DNA of 41,310 bases from a virus (taxonomy: Duplodnaviria; Caudoviricetes), in the IMG/VR virus record IMGVR_UViG_3300048856_000105, positions 1 to 41,310 of that record; one strand, 5' to 3'. This document shows, piece after piece, positions 35,925 through 41,310 of the stretch. The notes under the pieces are model-generated. The model made no database searches, had not been told where the DNA came from, and saw only the letters and a program-made list of their open reading frames with translations. The stretch's first letter is position 1, and the number at the start of each line of letters is the position of its first letter. A program made the position numbers and the translations under genes.

Positions 35925-35977
35925 TAACGGATAAGCGTCATTTTCTTCTTGCCACTATAACGCTTACCCGTTAGTTT
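35925..35977 (+). promoter_or_regulatory. promoter with operator IR for XRE module
   Basis: TTGCCA-N17-TAGTTT; IR TAACGGATAAGCGT/ACGCTTACCCGTTA. Confidence 0.6.
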
Positions 35978-36002
35978 TTGATCATCGAAACGGAGCAAGC
36001 AC

Positions 36003-36200
36003 ATGACCAACGGCACGATGGACATTTTCGTAGAGCGCCTTCTCGGCGGCATGATCGAAATCACCAACGGCGAAGACTGCGACATGCCTTTCCGCACCCG
36101 TTCCAAGGAGGAAGCCCTTCGTTTCGTTGACGCCGCATGCGAGACTGCACGCGACATGGGCATGGGCTACTCCATCTACCGGTTCGACAAGCTGAAATGA
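36003..36200 (+). CDS. small hypothetical protein, partner of XRE regulator
   Basis: GGAG RBS; ATGA-coupled to HTH gene. Confidence 0.7.
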   Translation: MTNGTMDIFVERLLGGMIEITNGEDCDMPFRTRSKEEALRFVDAACETARDMGMGYSIYRFDKLK

Positions 36201-36391
36201 GCAACGAAGAGTTCAAGGGTATCCGCAAGCGGCTCGGCTTCAATCAAGCCGGGCTCGCTGCGCTTCTTGGATATGGCTCCGCCGTCCGCATCTCCGAATT
36301 TGAACGCTCCACGAATCCGGTGGCGGTGCCGCGCCTGGTGGCCATGCTCATGACCGCCATGGACGAAACCGGCTGGCGTCCGAAGAACTGA
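36197..36391 (+). CDS. XRE-family HTH protein
   Basis: FKGIRKRLGFNQAGLAALLG..ISEFER..VPRLVA. Confidence 0.85.
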   Translation: MSNEEFKGIRKRLGFNQAGLAALLGYGSAVRISEFERSTNPVAVPRLVAMLMTAMDETGWRPKN

Positions 36392-36404
36392 CAGAGGATC
36401 TACA

Positions 36405-37406
36405 TCACGATACCTTGCCATCAGAGGCCAACTTCTTTGCAGCAACAAAGTTATCGTTTGCCGCTACAAGGAGGCGGCGGCCGGCAGCCATGGCATACTT
36501 GCCGGAGTATCCCCTCGCCTCACCAAGCTCCGCCAAACTCTTGGCAGACACCGCGCGTGTCAGCAACTCGACGTCGTTATCCTTCATCGCCTGGAGAGCC
36601 GCATGCCATTCCTGCCGCTCCTCATACTCCGAAGCGATGCCCTCCCAGGCCTGTGATCCGCCGCTACCTGTTGCAACCTTGACCAGACCAGGAAAAAGCT
36701 GAGCAAGATTCGCAGGCCCCGCAGGGAAGCCTACCTCGCACTTCGTGACCTCCGGCATGACTGCCGTGTTCGCAGCCGCATCTGCAAGCCACTGCCGCGC
36801 CTCGACCTTGCTCTTCGGGCCCCTCCTAGCTTTGAGTGGCGCCTTCGCGAACGATCGATGGGCGAATTTTGCGGAGAATAGGCCGGCCGGGCGCGTCTCC
36901 GTTTTCTCACCACCGAAGTAAGCGTTGGACGAAGCGATATCGACCGGATCTGGCGCCGAGCCTTTATCGCGTGCAGACTTCTCCCTCGTCCCGAGCATAG
37001 CGCCTACGGGCATGACTAAAGCTGCTTCGACCACAGCACCCATAGAAAGTCTTTCGCCACGCTCAGTTTGCGCGCCATCGCTGAACCGCAACTTGCCCCA
37101 GCGAATGATAACCTTGTGCCGCTTGCCATCATCATCGACGTGCCAACCGTGTTCAACGTCGTCACCAGCAACTTCTGCCATAATCTTGTCGACCGATGGG
37201 ATGATCTCGACCGCGCGTTCTGTGCCGAAGCCATCAGCAGTAGGCGTTTTGTTGTCATTCGCGGGCAAGGTCCGCCAGTTGCTCTTTACGACAGCCGGCG
37301 CGTCAGTAGCCAAGCCCTCTGCGATCCCATCTGGACGATTTCGCATCTCCAAGAGTGACGCTAGCTCCGAAAGGTCGCGGTGTCGGCGTTTCGTGTTGTT
37401 GCTCAT
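36405..37406 (-). CDS. phage protein, possible late-transcription regulator
   Basis: 333 aa, last early gene; C-term SLAELGEARGY resembles sigma region-4 HTH. Confidence 0.6.
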   Translation of the reverse strand: MSNNTKRRHRDLSELASLLEMRNRPDGIAEGLATDAPAVVKSNWRTLPANDNKTPTADGFGTERAVEIIPSVDKIMAEVAGDDVEHGWHVDDDGKRHKVIIRWGKLRFSDGAQTERGERLSMGAVVEAALVMPVGAMLGTREKSARDKGSAPDPVDIASSNAYFGGEKTETRPAGLFSAKFAHRSFAKAPLKARRGPKSKVEARQWLADAAANTAVMPEVTKCEVGFPAGPANLAQLFPGLVKVATGSGGSQAWEGIASEYEERQEWHAALQAMKDNDVELLTRAVSAKSLAELGEARGYSGKYAMAAGRRLLVAANDNFVAAKKLASDGKVS

Positions 37407-37654
37407 GATCTGCTCCTCCGGCTCGATAGCCGCTCATATCGTGTCAGTGCCGCCTCGCCTTTGGCACTGGTCGCCAAATGCCATGTGCCCTCGCTGCATG
37501 GCTTCCATTGAAGCATTCCTCGCGATTTCAGGATGACCTCGGTACGATCATTCACTCGTTCATGTACCGAAGGATGGCCCCGCGTGAGGAAGTCGGCTTG
37601 GTTCTTCGTTAAGCGAAGTTCATCATGCGTCCACTTACTGGCGGGTTGAGGCAT
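37403..37654 (-). CDS. small hypothetical (wHTH-like) protein
   Basis: LTKNQADFL..LKSRGM..TSAKGEAAL. Confidence 0.6.
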   Translation of the reverse strand: MPQPASKWTHDELRLTKNQADFLTRGHPSVHERVNDRTEVILKSRGMLQWKPCSEGTWHLATSAKGEAALTRYERLSSRRSRS

Positions 37655-37952
37655 GGCACCCTCGCGATACGACCCCGCTCACCGTGTGGATGCGCGCCTT
37701 CCGCTTCGTCTCCCGGGCCTTCGGCCACTGGCCGGTGACATAGAACCAAAGAAGCTCGGTGGCGTGATAGCGGCGGCCGTCAACGGTGATCGTGAACCAG
37801 CCATCCTTATCAACGGATCCGGCGGCTCTACCGGCCCACTGCTCGTTGAACTTGTCGCCGACGTCAGGGCAGGCCAGCCAGGTGAAGGTCGCAGTGCTGT
37901 GGTCGAAGCGAAGCCGCTGCTTCAGCCGCTCGTGGGTGATCCTTTCCTTCAT
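37635..37952 (-). CDS. N-terminal part of HNH homing-endonuclease-like protein lacking the HNH core
   Basis: LRFDHSTATFTW..AGSVDKDG..VDGRRYHA..W.YVTGQWP, then diverges with no DH..N motif. Confidence 0.6.
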   Translation of the reverse strand: MKERITHERLKQRLRFDHSTATFTWLACPDVGDKFNEQWAGRAAGSVDKDGWFTITVDGRRYHATELLWFYVTGQWPKARETKRKARIHTVSGVVSRGCHASTRQ

Positions 37953-38167
37953 GCTGCCTCACTGGGGTTGTACGGTTCCGTGAAGACCCGATCGAGGATC
38001 ACGGGTGTCACTTCCCCTTCCCGGTTTTTAATCGTCACGAACCTGATGTCGTCTGGTTGCTGAGCCAAGCCGATCACTTCAACAGGTAGATCGTCGTCAT
38101 CGAACGCTTTGAACGGCGGGATAAGGATTATCTTCGTGTTGCGAAGGTCTTCATCGTCATTGATCAT
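37949..38167 (-). CDS. hypothetical protein
   Basis: 72 aa, coupled both sides. Confidence 0.65.
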   Translation of the reverse strand: MINDDEDLRNTKIILIPPFKAFDDDDLPVEVIGLAQQPDDIRFVTIKNREGEVTPVILDRVFTEPYNPSEAA

Positions 38168-39453
38168 GCTGCCTCCTTCTGCCGCGCGGGCGCGTACTTG
38201 ATCTCTAGTTGGGGTGTAATGGTCACGGCCATTGTCAGGCCGTGAAGCTGGTCGGTGTCGTCGATGTGAGACAGCCCCACCAAGTCGGCGAGTTGCCGCA
38301 GGAACGCTTGGCCACGTTCCTGTTTCTGGTAGTCCTTCGCCTCGGAGAAGAACCGGTGATTGACAGACCCTTCGGCAGTGTTGAGCACGAGCGTGATCTG
38401 CTCACCTACCCCCGCAAAGACGTCTACCCGGCTATGGACGATTGCGGCTTCAAACGTTCCGATCGGCGAGAACATTCCGACGTCGTTGATCATCGGCAGG
38501 GGTGCCGGATCTTCGTAGGAGTCGTCTTCGGCATATTCGTCTTCTTCAGACGCATCTTCGGCCACTGGGGCCTTCTTAAGCGGGGCATTGGCCTTGGCCT
38601 TCGAAACAGCTGCGCCCTTCGAGTCGACGTGAACCAGAGGAAGGTCTTCATCGAAGCGCTCGTCCCGCAGCCAGTTAGCGGGTTCCGCAACATACTTCAT
38701 CGGCGTGTCGTGACGGCGGTAGTGGTCGGCCCAACGGCTTGCCTGTGTTATCGCGTTTTCCCGCTGCTCAGGATCCAACTTCTCCCATTCTGCCTGAGCT
38801 TTCTTCTTGCCGTGCTTCCTCGGCCAGATGCGCCAAAAGCTATCGAAAGCCCCTCCCGATGCCGCACCCGCCCCGGTGGCCACCAGGCCATCCGGAGGCG
38901 GCGGCGCAGCCGCGGCGTCGAACAATTCCCATCCCACAAGTTCCCGGGTCTGGTGACCGGGTCTTGTGGATGGGTCTTCGTTCGGAGTTTCCTGAACGCT
39001 ATCGGCTGTAGTGTTCGGAGCCTCCCGAACGCTTGTGTTCGGCGTTTCCCGAACGCTATGATCTTCATCCGTAGAATTCATAACATCCCGAACACTACGG
39101 CCAAGTTCCCACACGGGCACATAACGGGAGGCCTGACGGCCGCTGCCGACAGTAGCCGTGATGTAGCCCCAAGCGGTGAGGTCTTTAAGGGCGGAATGAA
39201 CATCTCCGGTGTAGAGGCCCGCGCCTGCGGGATCACGTTCCTTCAGCTGCGCTACTATGTGGCGAACACTAGCCAGGGCGTCACCATATTTGCGGTGGTA
39301 CCAGTCCAGCAGGAAGCCGAACACGAGCATGTGCCGGCGCTTGATCCGAGCATCATAAGGAAGGGTCATCATGAGTTTGAACTTCGCCTCAAGACTCGCT
39401 GGTTGCGGAGGCTTCGACGCGGCCTGGACGGTGGCCTGTGGGCTATCGAGCAC
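38164..39453 (-). CDS. replication initiator (O-like, N-terminal wHTH)
   Basis: N-term HTH; internal repeats; FDSFWRIWPRKHGKKKAQAEW..PANWLRDERFDE. Confidence 0.8.
   Translation of the reverse strand: MLDSPQATVQAASKPPQPASLEAKFKLMMTLPYDARIKRRHMLVFGFLLDWYHRKYGDALASVRHIVAQLKERDPAGAGLYTGDVHSALKDLTAWGYITATVGSGRQASRYVPVWELGRSVRDVMNSTDEDHSVRETPNTSVREAPNTTADSVQETPNEDPSTRPGHQTRELVGWELFDAAAAPPPPDGLVATGAGAASGGAFDSFWRIWPRKHGKKKAQAEWEKLDPEQRENAITQASRWADHYRRHDTPMKYVAEPANWLRDERFDEDLPLVHVDSKGAAVSKAKANAPLKKAPVAEDASEEDEYAEDDSYEDPAPLPMINDVGMFSPIGTFEAAIVHSRVDVFAGVGEQITLVLNTAEGSVNHRFFSEAKDYQKQERGQAFLRQLADLVGLSHIDDTDQLHGLTMAVTITPQLEIKYAPARQKEAA
38980..39096. repeat. four iteron-like repeats (probable phage origin)
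   Basis: GTTCGG-N6-CCGAAC-GCT-like at 38980, 39013, 39037 and degenerate at 39076. Confidence 0.75.
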
Positions 39454-39512
39454 AAGTTTCCTCCTTCCGGCGAAAGGGCCGGTTGTTCAGAGTGGTGATG
39501 TTGGTTGATGGT

Positions 39513-39719
39513 TTAGGCGGCGCGTGCCGCAGCTTCCTGGCTGGCGATCCAGGCTGTCAGGACGGACTTGCGCGCGCGGATACCGCCGCAGCGATAGTGG
39601 GGCAATGTGCCCTTCCGGATCTGATAGAATACGGAACGCGTGTCTTCGCCGAGGTATGCAGCAATGGCCTCGGCGCCCTTCAGGACGTCGTCAGCAAGGT
39701 TATCATTAGCAGGCTTCAT
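39513..39719 (-). CDS. Xis/Cro-like HTH protein
   Basis: AGAGGAG RBS; LKGAEAIAAYLG..VFYQIRKGTLP..IRARKSVLTAWI. Confidence 0.85.
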   Translation of the reverse strand: MKPANDNLADDVLKGAEAIAAYLGEDTRSVFYQIRKGTLPHYRCGGIRARKSVLTAWIASQEAAARAA

Positions 39720-40173
39720 GGCTTCTCCTCTTGTGGTGATGGTGGGCAGACGCTGGTGGTTACATTGACCGTGCGCAATACGCTCGGTCGCAAATTTCGC
39801 AGTCAATTGGTAATGCGGCGTACACATTGGCAAAGCGCAAGAGGCTTGAACGTGTGAACGGAATCCAGGCGTCTGCTTACTAGATGGATGTCGGAAGTTT
39901 GGTGTGCCGGCCGCTGCCGGGTTGAGTTGCAACCAGCGCCTCGGCGCTACGGGCCCAGCCCGCTGGGCAGCTTCCGCTGCAGCTATCCGGCATGGACTTA
40001 CAGGCAGCCATGCCTCAGGCGGGAACCACCCCGCGAACATCGTGACCACCACAATCACGATGACTAAGTCATAGATTGCATTTACAAATTTGTCAATATT
40101 TCGCACTTGCTCGTAGCGTGTTGCGTAATATCCGCGTGTCGTCTACGGTGTCCTCAAATCTGAGGAAAACCCT

Positions 40174-41310
40174 ATGGCAACTACACGCAAACGCACCCTG
40201 CCTTCCGGCAAAGTGGTTTGGCAGGCAGACTATCGAGATGGCGCTGGCGCCCGTCGATCCAAGCAGTTCGCGCTGAAGAAAGATGCCGAAGCATTTCTCA
40301 CCAAGGCTCAACACGAGGTCGGCCAAGGAACGCATGTTGCCGACTCGGCTTCTGTGACGATCGCTGAGGCGTGCCGCCTATGGCTCGAGCGCGCGACGGA
40401 TGAAGGCCTCGAGCGATCCTCCCTTGACCAATACCGTCAACATGCCGAGATCCACATCAAGCCCGCGGTCGGCGGCCACAAGCTTTCGAAGTTCACTGTA
40501 CCGGTGGCGCAGAAGTTTGCCGATGATCTCGGCAAGAAGGTCTCGAAGGCGATGGTGAAGAAGGTGATGGGATCTCTGTCCGGCATCTTCTCGGAGGCGC
40601 AGCGGCAAGGCTACGTCGGCCAGAACCCAGTCAAGGCGGTGAAGGTCCGCGTGAACAAGCGCGAGGTCAAAAAGATCGAGATGCCGACGAAGCCCGAGCT
40701 CGCCGCCATCCTCAAGGCGACGCCGGAGAAGCACAAGCCTTTCATATGGACCGCGGTCTTCACCGGCATGCGCGCTTCTGAACTGCGCGGCCTGGCATGG
40801 GACGACGTCGACCTCGATGCGGCCGTCATCCACGTGAAGCGCCGCGCCGACAAGTACAACCAGATCAGCTTCCCCAAGTCGGCGGCCGGCACGCGCGACA
40901 TTCCTATCCCGCCTTCGGTCGTCAAGTTGCTCAAGGCGTGGAAGGAAAGTTGTCCCGAGAGCAGCGATCGGCTGGTCTTCCCTACAGGTGCCGGTGGCGT
41001 TGAGAACCATGGAAACTTGCTGTCGCGTGTCTTCTGGCCGATCCAGATGGCCGCAGGCGTGGCGACGGACACAGGCAATCGCGATGAGGAAGGCAATCCC
41101 GTCATGGATGCCAAGTTCTCGCTCCACGCCCTCAGGCACGCCGCAGCGGCGATGTTCATCGAGCAGGGGATGAAGCCAAAGCGGATCCAGGTGCTGATGG
41201 GGCACTCATCGATCCAGATGACTTATGACACCTACGGCTATCTCTTCCCTTCGGAAGACGATGATGCAGCGGCGGTAAAGGCCATCGAAGAACGACTGCT
41301 TGCAAGCTAG
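40174..41310 (+). CDS. int: tyrosine integrase
   Basis: TGMRASE, HALRH, MGHSSIQMTYDTYG; N-term arm-binding domain. Confidence 0.96.
   Translation: MATTRKRTLPSGKVVWQADYRDGAGARRSKQFALKKDAEAFLTKAQHEVGQGTHVADSASVTIAEACRLWLERATDEGLERSSLDQYRQHAEIHIKPAVGGHKLSKFTVPVAQKFADDLGKKVSKAMVKKVMGSLSGIFSEAQRQGYVGQNPVKAVKVRVNKREVKKIEMPTKPELAAILKATPEKHKPFIWTAVFTGMRASELRGLAWDDVDLDAAVIHVKRRADKYNQISFPKSAAGTRDIPIPPSVVKLLKAWKESCPESSDRLVFPTGAGGVENHGNLLSRVFWPIQMAAGVATDTGNRDEEGNPVMDAKFSLHALRHAAAAMFIEQGMKPKRIQVLMGHSSIQMTYDTYGYLFPSEDDDAAAVKAIEERLLAS

Larger units (their letters stand above)
9342..41310. mobile_element. HK97/lambda-like siphovirus prophage core (may extend left to include the accessory genes)
   Basis: integrase, replication, packaging, head, tail and lysis modules in canonical order. 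Confidence 0.95.

Noticed and set aside
38980-39057. GTTC/GAAC repeats as LexA boxes
   Set aside because: They are inverted with 10-nt spacing inside a CDS, not GTTC-N7-GTTC direct repeats; iterons fit better.
39720-40106. N-terminal extension of the Xis-like ORF to 197 aa
   Set aside because: Strong RBS precedes ATG 39719; the extension is not protein-like and covers the promoter region.

Overview
High-GC window, most likely from a Rhizobiaceae-like alphaproteobacterium (inferred from gene families and a GAAC-N7-GAAC LexA box). It is dominated by an apparently complete HK97-head, lambda-like-tail (siphovirus) prophage. Right to left: tyrosine integrase (+); a very compact early region (Xis/Cro-like HTH, replication initiator with internal iterons, several small ORFs, no recognisable CI); an XRE two-gene module; a structured late leader with an unusual tRNA-Met(CAT); HNH, TerS, TerL, portal, S49 protease, capsid, neck and tail genes (with a -1 frameshift site); a tail fibre containing a glycerophosphodiester phosphodiesterase domain; and a holin/SAR-endolysin/spanin cassette. 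Opposite-strand morons include a secreted S1/P1 nuclease and a TIR-domain protein. The left ~9 kb is accessory: a LexA-controlled SRAP operon, a Gly-rich exported protein, a PAS protein, a candidate stress sRNA, and an operon of three different excisionase-like HTH proteins. Two of those, plus a neighbouring gene, share a C-terminal winged-helix-like domain. No att sites were identified. All product calls come from motif recognition and synteny, not database searches.
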